NCBI RefSeq assembly: GCF_028641065.1
Contig: NC_073408.1
Location: forward strand, 5,022,001-5,086,000
DNA length: 64,000 bases
From: Leucoraja erinacea
Lineage: Eukaryota
Direction of reading: 5' to 3'
Shown: positions 1 to 12,451 of the stretch, one piece after another
How the letters are laid out: each line of letters starts with the position of its first letter
How positions within the stretch are numbered: the first letter of the stretch is position 1
Program-made: the position numbers and the translations under genes
The notes under the pieces: generated by a model
What the model was told of the DNA's origin: nothing
The model's database searches: none
The model's input: only the letters and a program-made list of their open reading frames with translations

Positions 1-869
1 CTTTCTTCTCTTGCCCCCTCCACCCCCACTCACCACTATCAGTATGAAGAAGCGTCCTGACCCAAAGCGTCACATATCTATGTTTTCCAGAGATGCTGCC
101 TGACCTGCTGAGTTACTCCAACACTTTGTGTCTTTTTTTTCTGTAAACCAGCATCTGCAGTTCCTTGTGTTAAAGTATTAATTATTAATTACTGTTCACT
201 GCCCACTACCTCATTGCAGTGTCTATGAAGATCTCTTTGTGCTGGCTATAACAGTGACAACAAAAAATACTTAATTGGGTATTTAGCTGTTTGGGATTCT
301 GATGTTTTTGAAAAACACTGTAAATTAAAGGTTTTTGTTCATTACTGCATATATTGCTCATGTCATCTCCACTGCAGTGAGGTCTGGAGCGTTGCTGTGG
401 AGACCAAAGATGATGGGAAAATTGCTGGGTACATCATCTGGCTTTTCTATGCAACGCCTCTCAGCCTGTATCAGTTGATGGTTTAGTTGCCTTGCCTGCC
501 TCCACTCTAAATTATAAGTGGTGCATGGTTAATGGAGGCACAGTGGGAGAGGTTTGGGGGTGAAACAAACAACTTGTTTCCCAAATAGAAAGTTGTTTGT
601 ATTAACCCCAACATAAAATATCCATCGCTTCTCTCAGCCATCTAGAACTGTTTGGAGGAAATTCACTCCTGAATTTAAGTGAGAGTATATATTTTTTTAT
701 AAAGAGGAAAATGTAATGTTAATGTTCAGTTAAAATGTGAACGTGGAGAGATATATTTTGCATAATGCAATGGGTTTTATGACTTGAATTTAAATTTATT
801 TATTATGCATATATGGAAAAAGCAGTGTTGGCCAAAAACACACCTTCTACTGAGATACTTTAAACTTTG

Positions 870-1152
870 CTTTAGACTTTAGAAATACAAATACAGACCC
901 TTTGGCCCAGCGATCACCCAGTACACTAGCACTATCCTACACACTAGGGTCAATTTACAATTTTTACCAAAGTCATTTAACCTACAAAGCCGCACGTCTT
1001 TGGAGTGTGGGAGAAAACCGGATCACCTGAGGAAAACCCACGCGGCCACAGGGAGAACGTACGAACTCCATGCAGACAGCACACATAGACAGGACCAGTC
1101 CCAGGTCTCTGGTGTTGTAAGGCAGCAACTCTACCGCTGAGCCACCGTGCCT
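870..1152 (-). mobile_element. tRNA-derived V-SINE (HE1-like)
   Basis: V-domain-like core and tRNA-like head on the minus strand. Confidence 0.75.
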
Positions 1153-1411
1153 CCCACTGTCACGGCTAGTTGTAGTTACTGCTGCAGATAATATCTAAGA
1201 TACTCGAGTTATGATTGTATTTGGAGGAATTTCTTCTACTAATTTAACAAAGAAATTAACAATGCCATTTTACTTTTGTGTGTGTGTGTGTTGTGTGTTT
1301 GTTGCTCTGTTTAATAGTTTGTACATTTGGGCATTATTTTCTGTGCTGGCCCCTTGAACCTTTACACCAGTCATGAGTGACTTAGGTCTTTATTTTTAAT
1401 TTTCTCTATAG

Positions 1412-1474
1412 GAAGCAGAGTACATTCGCGAAGTGGATCGGAGGAGGCAGGAGGTAGTGCAGGCTGCCTTTGAG
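1412..1474 (+). CDS. CENATAC: CENATAC/CCDC84 internal coding exon (EAEYIREVDRRRQEVVQAAFE); upstream exons lie outside the window
   Basis: tatag|...gag|gttggt, 63 nt, phase 0/0; resembles recalled human CCDC84 '[22 protein letters not shown]'. Confidence 0.9.
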
Positions 1475-1675
1475 GTTGGTTTTACCTGGATGAGCCTGAA
1501 CAGTATCCATGGCAACTGTTGTATTTTACATCAACTGATCTATAAATTGCACAATTATTCTGTCAGATCAAAATTAGGCACTTAGTTGGTTAGCTGTAAT
1601 GGCAGCGTGGAGTTAAGCCCAAGGAAGATTAGTCCAGATGCTACTTCAGCTGATGTTTGCAAAGAAACCCCTTCA

Positions 1676-1819
1676 ATTTCTGCAGCACCTTTCATGCCCT
1701 CAAGAGGTCAACAGTGCATTAATAGTGCACACAAGTTTAGTTCCCCGCACACAACTTTGGTTCTGTGCACTATTAATGCACTGTTGACCTCTTGAGGGCA
1801 TGAAAGGTGCTGCAGAAAT
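1676..1819. repeat. perfect 56-bp inverted repeat with 32-nt spacer
   Basis: 1676-1731 is the exact reverse complement of 1764-1819. Confidence 0.95.
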
Positions 1820-2029
1820 GAAAGCGTTTCCTTTGCATATACAGGAAACTGAGTTCCTTGCCGTCAACAACAAGCCTGTGACACTCCTCCCTTTTCCTCT
1901 CTGTAGTGTCTCCACCAACGATTCCTACCTTTAAGAGTATCTTATTTGCTGATGTAAAAGAAAGACAAGATTTGAGCTGGCATGGCTCTGTCCCATCGCG
2001 GAATTGTTACAGACTTCAGATACTGAGGC

Positions 2030-2315
2030 CCAGCGGTAGAGTTGCTGCCTTGCAGTGCCAAAGACCCGGGTCCGATCCTAACTACGGGTGCTTGTCTGTG
2101 TGGAGTTTACGTTCTCTCCGCGACCTGCGTGGGTTTTTCTCCGGTTTCCTCCCACACTCCAAAGACCTACAGGTTTGTAGGTTAATTGGCTTGGTTTAAT
2201 TGTAAATTGGCACTAGTGTGTGTAGTATGGTGTTAGTGTGCGGGGATCGCTGGTTGCGGGGACATGGTGGGCCGAAAGACAGTTTCCGCGATATTTCTCT
2301 AAACTAAACTAAACT
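2030..2315 (+). mobile_element. tRNA-derived V-SINE (HE1-like); further copies near 3345, 26650, 40870, 48320, 49620, 51940, 52745, 53910, 57680 and 63620
   Basis: tRNA-like head, GTGGGTTT...CCGGTTTCCTCCCACA core, (TAAAC)n tail. Confidence 0.8.
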
Positions 2316-5213
2316 AGTTCAAGTTCAAGTGAGTTTATTGTCATGTGTCCCTGTATAGGACAATGACATTCTTGCTTTGCTTCAGCACACAGAACATAGT
2401 AGGCATTTACTACAAAACAGATAAGTGTGTCCATATACCATAATATAAATATATACACACATGAATAAATAAACTGATAAAGTGCAATAACAGAAAATGG
2501 GTTATTAATAATCAGAGTTTTGTCCGAGCCAGGTTTAATAACCTGATGGCTGTGGGGAAGTAGCTATTCCTGAACCTGGTTGTTGCCGTCTTCTACCTGA
2601 AGGTAGCAGGGAGATGAGTGTGTGGCCAGGATGGTTTGGGTCTTTGATGATACTACCAGCCTTTTTGAGGCAGCAACTGCGATAGATCCCCTCGATGGAA
2701 GGAAGGTCAGAGCCGATGATGGACTGGGCAGTGTTTACTACTTTTTGTAGTCGGGTGGTATACTCGGGTGGTATAGCAGAATAATGCCTACCTCGCCCAG
2801 TTCCTGTTGGAGGATGGGTTTAGTGATGGATTAAAAAATCCTAAGCAATGATCCTTCACTATATTACAACCAAAGTAGCCCAAACTGTAACAACTCTGAC
2901 CCAAAGCCTTAACTTCCAGAGTGTAGATTCACAAATTTGACCTCTTTCCTTGTAAAGTAAAGCAATTACTTGAGGTAATGACTCTGAAATAAGATTATAT
3001 TTTTAACCAAATTGTTCTATTCTATTTTGTTCCTCCGTTACTCATCTAATTCCTCTCTCGTTATTTTGAAAGGAGAACGGAGAACATTTCTTCATTCTAC
3101 ACAATGTTATAGAGAATGAGAAATTAAATGAATTTCACCCTGTACATTGTATGATTTTATATTTAACATGTACATTTCGTCAAGGAAATGTTCAAATTTG
3201 GAAACTATTATCCATGGAACTATTATTCCCAGGCATAGGCTTTGATTTCAAAAGCAAAAATAGAGTTGGCTAAATTTAGGGATTTGCTGTTTAAAACATG
3301 ATAAAAATTGTTCAGAGTTACAATTGGAAGATTGATTCGTGATCGGGGCAGCAGAGTGGACCAGCTGCCTCAACCACCAGAGACCTCGTTGATCCTAGCC
3401 TCTGATGTCTGTGTGAAGTTTGTACATTCTCCCTGCGACTGCATGGGTTTTCTCCGGGTGCTCCTGTTTCCTCCCACATCCCAAAATCGTGTGGGTTTGT
3501 AGGTTAACTGGCCTCTAAACTCGCCCCTTGTGTGCAGGGAGTGAATGCAAAAGTGGGATAACATAGAGCTCGTGTGAGCAGGTGGTTGATGGTCAGTGTG
3601 GGCCGAAGGGCCTGTTTCCATGCTTATCTTTTAATCAATCTACATTTCGGAGAGACTGGTATTTTGCATTATCTACCTGCTTTTATTAAACAAATGCTTT
3701 TAATATCCATTAAACAGTTTATAACATTTGTTAAATTGTAAATCAAAACGTTATCAACACATTGTATTTTCCTACAGGTGTGCTTCCCCCCCCCGTACAG
3801 TATTTGGAACAATATACAGCAAGTCCTCTTACTTAAAGAACAAGGGGCTAGCAAATATAATTACAGTAATTCATAAAAATAACATTGAATTATGAAGAAA
3901 TCTGTCATTATGAAAATAAGTACAATGCAGGACTTTCAAACTGGACATTTTGTGGTTAAATGTAGGAGAAGGAGGAAAATTAAATGGTTTTTAAAAATTG
4001 ATGGAATATCGATGAGCTTTTGGCTTGCCTTCATAATCTTTTCCTGCCCGCCCACCAGCTCTTTGTACATTTACTATTCATTATGATTCTAAACCCTTAC
4101 GGCTTGGGTAATCTATGGATTTGCAATTCATCTGCGATGTATTTTAAAGCAGGGTGTGATAGCCTCTCCCCTCAGTTCTTGAGGCTGAATGATTCTCCAT
4201 ATTTGCGTTTAAAAACCACTTCCCTCTATTGATCTGTCAGGTGGTTGAGTAATGTGTGAGGGACACTTGTATGCCCAGCCCTGAACCTGTCGATGCAGCC
4301 AGGGGCAGCAAGGCTGTTCCCCAAATAGAACAAAGCGAGTTTATGTAATATAGAATATGTTGTGGGTTATTCCCAAAGATCACTCTGTTCCGACACAACA
4401 AAACACAGTATTAATTGTTGAATGCATGAAGGCCTCGGAGCAATTTGCAGATGTATCATTTGGTGCTTTGCAATACAAATCCACCACCGATTTGGTTTGT
4501 TTTTTAAATCCCCCAGCAACTGATGGTCCCGCAGTTACTTTAATCCGGACAAATTTCCACGAGCCCACTTCAAATTCCCTGGGAGGGCACGTGGGCACTG
4601 CATGTGATGTTTAAGAAAGAACTGCAGATGCTGGAAAAATCAAAGGTAGACAAAAAATGCTGTGGAAACTTAGCGGGTGAGGCAGCATCCATGGAGAGAA
4701 GGGTCTCGGCCCGAAACGTCGCCTATTCCTTCTCTCCATAGTTGCTGCCTCACCCGCGGGATTTCTCCAGCATTTTGTATCTACCTTGCGCTGCATGTGA
4801 TGCCCGCTCTTCCTGGACTGTCCCGAACGAGTTATCTGTTTCCACCTGCTGATGATCGCTCGGTTTTGTGCAATTCTGAGCTTATTTTGCTTGCACTTAA
4901 TCCTGGCTGTGGCTTCTAAGCAAAGTCCAAGTGACAGTCGTGGTGTCAAGCATTAGCGCATTTAATTTACTTTTAATATTTGTTTTATTTAAGTTTCTTT
5001 CAGCCCACGGGGCTTTAGAGACATGGGAGGGGTACAATTAGTGGGTCAGAGGTGTATTGTCATTATTACATGGCCTCTGCTGGTGCTGCAAAATGGATAA
5101 TCAGGCAAGGCTCTGGAACCAAGGGTGCAGCACAATCGGTGGTGGTCCTGTAGTTATTTTAACATAGTGTTTTAAGCTTTAAGAAGCATTGATTTTTCCT
5201 GAATCAAAACCAG

Positions 5214-5272
5214 CCACAGACAGAGCAACATTCTATCGATGGACGCCTGGCGTTTGCAGCCACTCATGATGG
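5214..5272 (+). CDS. CENATAC: CENATAC coding exon (PQTEQHSIDGRLAFAATHDG)
   Basis: ccag|...gg|gtaag, phase 0/2, frame-compatible with flanking exons; poorly conserved linker starting PQ as in human. Confidence 0.7.
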
Positions 5273-5339
5273 GTAAGAGTATTTTGTTTTCATTTATTAA
5301 ATAAATACTGGTGTGTTGTGGAACTCTTTAATAATACTC

Positions 5340-6345
5340 TTTTGCCACCAGTTCCAGAGGATTGGTGCCGATGACCCCACTTTGCAACAAGATCAGAAAA
5401 CGGGGACTTCAGTTAGCCTGAGAGAGGAGTGGGGGAAACTCAGTTATTAAAGATGGGATAGCAGCACATTTGGAAAGTGGTGCTGTCAGCATGGATTTAC
5501 GAAAGGTGCCCATCTTATAGAATTTTTCGAGGGTAACGATCTTAGGAAGGTTCATAAGTGATAGGAGTGGAATTGGGACTTCCAGGCTTTCAAGGTCCCC
5601 ATCAAGTCAAACTCACATGGCATTGGGGGTTCAGTATTGATGTGGATCATGGCTGAGCAAAGAGTAGGAGTTAAACGGGTCCTTTTCACAATGGCAGGCA
5701 GTGACTATTACCGCAAGGCTCAGTACTTCTCCCCAAAACCCATTGATGACCTGGTGAGGAATGAAGGCAATATCTATATGACACTAAGCCAGTGTTATGA
5801 GGAGATGCTACGACCAGTGACATTTCTGGGTTCAAATTGGCAGATGCAGTTTAAGTTTATCCATTTTGGTGGCAAAAACGGGAAAGCAGATTATTATCTA
5901 AACGGTGGCCGATTTATATCACGTTCAGTACAAGTCAAGGGGCTGCAGGTGTGCAGGCATAAAGAAAGCGAATGGATGTTGGCTTTCATAGCTAGTACTG
6001 CAGTTGTATAGGGTCTTGGTGACCACACCTGGAGTATTGCGTGCAGTTTTGGTCCAAATGACATTTCCAGAGAAGGTTTGATTCCTGGGAAACTGTCTTA
6101 TGAAGAAATGGAAATAGTCTTGGGTTCCCAATAACTTACAAAATTCTTAAGGGGTTGGACAGGCTATATGCAGGAAGATTGTTCCCGATGTTGGGGAAGT
6201 CCAGGACAAGGGGTCACAGTTTAAGGATAAGGGGGAAATCTTTTAAATGCAAAATAAAGAATTTCACTGTGAATCTGTGGAACTCTCTGCCACAGAAGGT
6301 AGTTGAGGCCAGTTCATTGGCTATATTTAAATTATTAGATTGAAT
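5340..6345 (+). mobile_element. degraded CR1-type LINE ORF2 3' fragment
   Basis: remnants such as WQMQF..IHFG.KN, RTRGHSL and NLWNSLPQKVVEA. Confidence 0.75.
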
Positions 6346-7004
6346 TGGCCAAGGGGCAGAGCAAAACAAGTTTGATCCGCCATGAATCTTCACAATATGC
6401 TGAGTTAATAGCGAGTTAGATTCTTGATTTTAGTTAGCCTGCATTAATCTGAATGGTGTGTTACTATTCCTCAGGCCAGACCAGCCTGACTTTAGAAAAT
6501 TCTACCAGGGTTCTGCTCCTACAAATCTTGCCTCGGCCCTCCCTACTACGCCATTCAATCAATCTATCAAAAATGCCATTCTCCTGCCTTCTATGATACC
6601 TGTATCAGTTAAAATCCAGGTAAAGGCAGAACTGCATTCTTTTATAGGGAGCGAAATTTATATCACGTTTGTTTCCCTGGGCAAGTCATGACTTCTTGAA
6701 AATGAAAAAGTTTTGTGTTCCCTACAATCGCTTATCGCATGACACTGGATGGTAGCAAAATAAAGCTGGACCTAGGGTAATATGATAATAAATTATTAGT
6801 GGCAGTGCAAAATAACACCAGTTATCGAGTTTCTGGTTGACATAATCTGTCAGTGTGTTATTCCTCAGGCCAACCAGCCTATTAGTACCATTAGCACGTA
6901 CAAATCTTGCCTCTCTCCCCTCCCATAAAAAATAAAATTGATATTAATCTCAGTTAAGGTAAAGAGAACTGCATTTTTACAGAAAATATTTGTTTCCCTG
7001 CAAG

Positions 7005-7122
7005 TCATGTTCTTGGAAGCTACATCGCCGAACAGGCAGAAGCTGGACCAAGTGGAGTGAATAACACCAGTCATTCTGGTGACATGACAAACGGACAAGC
7101 CTTGACTTTCATTGGTAACCAG
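7005..7122 (+). CDS. CENATAC: CENATAC coding exon (HVLGSYIAEQAEAGPSGVNNTSHSGDMTNGQALTFIGNQ)
   Basis: ends with the conserved LTFIGxQ motif then gtgatg donor; acceptor ttccctgcaag gives the required phase 2. Confidence 0.8.
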
Positions 7123-9703
7123 GTGATGTCAAATTAAGTGCTAATGTGTCGTCGTTTGTTGCTAGCCAATACACAAGTATAGAAGGTAACAACTCTAAAG
7201 CCACTGTGCCCAGTTCTATTGCATTGAGCAATGGAAGTGAATCACTCTCAATGCTGTCTGAGGGGAACCATGCATTTGTTCGTCCAGCCTCTTCCACTCT
7301 CGCACTCCCTGACTTTCAAAGCTGGTTGTTACATGGGTATGAAGCTTCTACCATGTGCGTCTCCAGCTCTTCGCCTCTCTCTTCCGCCAGACGTGCTGAG
7401 TTACTCCAGCACTTTATGTCTATCTTTGGTGTTCCCAACTGCTTGGTTTATGCTAATTGCATTTGTAGCTCCCAAGCATTAACCTTCACTCGATGGCACC
7501 ATGAGATGGTTTATGTTGTGTATTAATCCAATATTTCTGTTCCAGAATTCCCACTACCCTCTGGGTGGAAAAAGTCCCCACTTGGGTTCCTGTAACATTT
7601 TCCCCCTCACTTTAAACCCACGTCCTCTGGTCCTTGATTCTCCTACTCTAGGTAAAAGACTGCATTCATTCTATCCAGCTTATGACTTTATACACCTCTG
7701 CAAGATCACCTCTCAGCCATCTGCGCTCCAGGGAAAAGAGCCCCAGCCTGTCCGATCTATCTCCTTGTAACTCAAGCCCTCCAGCCCCTCTATATCTGAA
7801 GGCTTCTGATCTTGAGGTAACATATCACGTGTACAGTTCCCCAGGTGAGTTGGGCAAAGGATAGCGGCCGGGACGGGAGCAGAGAGGCTTGCCCTGCCCT
7901 ACGGGTAAGTGAGTGTGGGACGGGAGTTTAGAGCAAGAGAGACGAGGGTGCTGTCTTGCTACGGCTCACAACAGGGCCCATACACCGACACGGCAGTCAG
8001 CTCTAGTTCAGGGCAAGGCAGGTGGCATGGTGGTAACTTGTGACCAACCACACGTAGGCCTGAGCAATCAGAGGATAAACGGCAGCCTGGGACAATGTGG
8101 GAATAGACCCACCCACTGCTGCGGGGCCTTTGCACACCTCCGTTGAACGTCACACACAGCATCCTCCTTCCACCCTTCCCGCAGTGAAGAGAGAGGTGTA
8201 TAATAGCATGAGCAGGGTACCGAGAGCGCAGTGTGTTACCCCGGGCACTTTGGGTAAAACTCAGAGGACATAGCTTTAAAGTGAGTGGGGGGGGGAAAAA
8301 TTAATAAGAACCTAAGGGGGATATTTTTGTTGAAGGGGACCAAAGGGTGATTGAAAATAGGTAATTAGGAAAGTAAATGGTATATGTTTGCACTGCAGTT
8401 ACACGGGGCCTTGTTGAAACTACACCTAGAGTATTGTCTGGTTTTGACCTTGTCTAAAAAGGGATATCCTTGTCACCGACAAACAGTGATGATTCAGTAA
8501 ACTAGTTCCAGGAATGATTGGTTTATAACTAGAGAGATTAAGTAGATCAGGCATGTATCCCCTGGAGGTCATTAGAATGAGAAATCTCTTTGAAACCATT
8601 CTTCCCGGGCTCAACATTCACGATGCAGGGAGGATATTTACGCTGGTTGGGAAGTTTAGAAGCAGAGGTTACAGTGTCAGAACAAGTAGGCTATTTAGGA
8701 TTGAAATAGAACTTTATAACGAGATGCTTGGTGGGTATTTGCACAGGTTAGTGGAGTTTATTAATTCAGAGCACAAATACATTTCTGGACAGTAAAACAA
8801 TTCTAGGGATATGAGGACAATGAGGTGGAAGATCAGTCTGAACTCAATGAATGACAGAAGAGTCTCGAATAGTTGGGATTGCCTGTTTTTGCTCTTGTTA
8901 ATCACCAGCTCTCCAATGTCAAATTCTGCACTCTTGGCACCAAGCAATTATTTTCTTAGTTTTAACATGTTTCTGGAAAAATACTTCCACATATATCCTT
9001 CCCTCTGACTTTACATTTCACTCCTGACACAATTTTGTCTCCTTGTCCCCATTTTGTATCCAGCCATTGTCCAACCATCTGCCAATCCAAATCTCCTTCA
9101 CCTGTATCCACCTATCACTTGCAAGGCTTCATCCCACCCTCATCTCTCTACAAGCTTCCTCTGCTCTCCATCCCACCCCAAGACAATCAGTCTGAAGAAG
9201 AGTCCCGACCTAAAACGTCACTATCCATGTTCTCCAGACATGCTGGCTGACCTATTGAGTTACTCCAGCACTTTGTGTCCTATGCAAGATTCTAGCATCT
9301 GCAGTTCCACGTGCCACTGGAAAAATACTCCAAGCTAAAGTAGTTGTAGTTTTTTTTTAAACAAATTGATCAAAACCCTTCTTTTAAAGACTCTTTGAAC
9401 AATTGATTTTGGCCCAAGTAAAAATTTATTTGGGCAATGCTTGCATTGTTGAAAGCCTTCAAACATTACATTTGATGTGAAGTGACCACATTTATGTAAG
9501 TGAATATGAACGTAACTCTCCCCTGAAGTATGGCCACAGGGTATTTGCAAAGATCAGTACAACAGTAACATTTAGGAATATATATTTTGGCAGTTAATTG
9601 ATTAAAAATAAATTCAAAATGTTCAATGTTCTAAAGTTGTTGATCTGCGATTTTGTCTGTTCAGAATTTAGTTAATTTTTCTGTTGGCTTTCTACAGTTC
9701 CAG

Positions 9704-9737
9704 ATATCAAAATCAGAAGCTGGAAATATTCACACAG
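9704..9737 (+). CDS. CENATAC: CENATAC small coding exon (ISKSEAGNIHT-G); alternative in-frame acceptor at 9698
   Basis: GNIH(S/T)G motif; cag|...acag|gtgatg. Confidence 0.85.
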
Positions 9738-10501
9738 GTGATGTATACATTATGGAGCTTTTTTAGTGTTCTATATTCCACAATATATTGACTAATATTT
9801 TTTGTACTGGGTTGGGAAATGATTGTAAAATATGGGGGGGGGGGGGGGGGAGTGAATATGCGGGGGGGGGGGGTTGTAATATGCAGTGGAAGTGGGAAAG
9901 GCTGTCGGTGAACAAACACTCTCAAGCAGAGTAATAATTTGCATTTTAGCTATGATTGAAAATTGGTGATAATCACACTTGCCTGAGAGCTGTTATTGAA
10001 CACATTATTACTCAGCTGTGATTGTTTGCACTGCATTTTACTGTGCTTCATGGAGGTTTGCAACACCCAATGGGTCAGGCAAGCATGTGTGATAAAGAAA
10101 CAAATGCTACCTGACTCGAGTGTTGCAACATTTTCTTGTATTATTTTCGATTTACACCTAATGTGAAGTGGAATTATCCAATCCCTTAAATGTACCCTGA
10201 TATTTTCTGTTTTCACTATATTTGCAGAAACCTGAAAATCCATGTTCAAATTGAGCATAATTTGCTAATTTTATAATTTCTAATTTCTTCCATGTGATGA
10301 CTTCTCTGCAGCCTATGCGGCTTCTATCTTTTGAAGTTTGAGTTTGCTGCTCTACATACGAGAGGCCAACTCCCCTACTGGGGTCTTTGATTATGCATAT
10401 AAGCATCAAATAGCCTACCCATTTAACTAGGGATGGTTATAAATTACTATATTTCAATTTAAACCTTGCCAGAAGCTAATGTGCTCTACATCTGACTTTA
10501 G

Positions 10502-10588
10502 GTGCAACTCCACCATGGCTTCTTGATGAGGAGGATGCAGAAACACCAAAACCAATAGGACCATCTTATGAAGAGTTTCTCCAGCAGA
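10502..10588 (+). CDS. CENATAC: CENATAC coding exon (GATPPWLLDEEDAETPKPIGPSYEEFLQQ)
   Basis: GATPPW and IGPSYEEFL motifs; ag|...a|gtatgt. Confidence 0.93.
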
Positions 10589-12032
10589 GTATGTGTTTGA
10601 TATTCTGAATGGCTAAGTTTTCCTTTATTTACTCCTCGGGGTGTGGGCAACATTTAACTAGGGTGAGACCAGCATTTAACTAAACGATGAACTCCAGATA
10701 TTGGTTTATACCAACGATATATACACACAGTGTTGGATTAACTCAGAGGGTCAGGCAGCATCTCTGGAGAAAAAGGAGATGCTGCCTGACCCGAGTTACT
10801 CCAGCACTTTGTGTCTACCAGCATTTAACTGTTCATTCTATCTAGATAATCCTGGCGAGCAGCTTGGAGAACTGATTTCTTGAAATACTAACAAAACAAA
10901 AATGGATTTGGGCAAAGAATTCAATGCTGTAGGGAACTGACACTCATCGGAACTGTTCAAGAGTTGGAAAAAATTTGATTGGCCAAATTGCCTCCTGTGC
11001 TAGAACAACTCGTAGTTCAGTGAATGTTAGTGTTGCTAGAATACTTTTACTTTGCTTATCAGTAACCTGGGTGTAAAACATTAGACCTTTATTAATTAGG
11101 GTGCTATATCAATACTTGTTTCTTAGCCAATTCCATTATTTTTCAGTTTGTTTTTAAGACGGTTCAGTGAAAAATCCAAGTATAGATTTAATGAGTTAAA
11201 CGTCATGTTTAACTTAATCACTCCAAACTCATGCACGTTAAGCTAGTAGAGTCATGCTCGCACATCACACAACTCCATCCATGTCTTGCAGCAGAATTAT
11301 CCTAAATTTCAAATCATTCCAGGGTTTTCTCGTTGTTACATTTACAACCTCTTACAGCCCCCACAACCTTGAGATTCCTTTAAGAGTCAAGAGTGTTTTA
11401 TTGTCATATGTCCCAGATAGAACGATGAAATTCTTACTTGCAGCAGCACAACAGAATATGTAAACATGGTACACTGTAAACAATATAACGAGAAAAAATG
11501 GGCCTCCACTTTTAATTAATCCATGGTTGGTTGCTATGTTTTTGGTTTCCCAAATTCTGTAACTTCTTGCCCACTCAACCGATCTAAATCACTACAATCC
11601 TTAAACCACCACTTTGTAAAGGCTTATTTTTCTGAGGCAACTTAGTTTTCATTTTCTTGTCCAGTTCTGTGAAACATTTATATTTTGGCCTTCAAATAAA
11701 TCCCACTCGATATTTTCCCTTTTATAGCCTAAAACCATCTCTCACACTGCTGAACTGCAGCTAAAGCCCTTAAAATTATTCCATTGGTTCTGGTTTCATC
11801 CTTTGAAAAGGTGACGCACCCAGGTATTTTATTCCAGTGAAGCGCAATCCTTGATGCATAATATTTGAAGTGCAAGGGAACAGGCCAGATCGATGACATA
11901 ATTACCAGTCTGCAAACACCACGCCATTTTCTGTCTGAAGAGGGTCTCACCTTGAAATGTCACGCATTCCTTCTATCATTTTCTCGATTTTTGTTTGCTG
12001 GTACTTTTCTTTTGAATTCTTTCTAATTTTAG

Positions 12033-12165
12033 AAGAGAGAGAGAAACTGAAGAAACTTCCTCCAAATAGAGTTGGTGCCAACTTCAACCACTTGTCAGAA
12101 ACAGATGATTCCTGGTTGCCTTCGTTTGGCAGAGTGTGGAATGATGGCAGGAGGTGGCAATCCAG
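12033..12165 (+). CDS. CENATAC: CENATAC coding exon ([45 protein letters not shown])
   Basis: highly conserved CCDC84 C-terminal motifs; tttag|...ag|gtaag. Confidence 0.96.
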
Positions 12166-12390
12166 GTAAGACTTCAAGCTGTTCCCCACCTAGCATAAAC
12201 CCATTTCCAAACCATCCCACCCCATATATTTCTAATATCCATTCCCTACGTCCCAAAACTCCAAATCAAACTATTGTTCACCTGACCCCTTCCAAAGCTT
12301 TAGCTTTGTATGGTTCAATGTGGTTCCATTACTGCTTTTAAATGTACATGGTAATGAATTTTGACCACCCCTCAATTTTAACTTTTTTAG

Positions 12391-12451
12391 GCATCAGTTC
12401 CGGTTGGAAGAAGGCAAGAAAAGCAGAAAGCGCAGAAGAGATGACCAGTAG
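12391..12451 (+). CDS. CENATAC: CENATAC last coding exon (RHQFRLEEGKKSRKRRRDDQ*)
   Basis: ttttag acceptor, RHQF motif, TAG at 12449-12451; candidate AATAAA at 13007-13012. Confidence 0.92.

Noticed and set aside
378-428. Possible extra CENATAC exon after ctgcag
   Set aside because: No frame resembles the expected upstream CCDC84 sequence and the donor is weak
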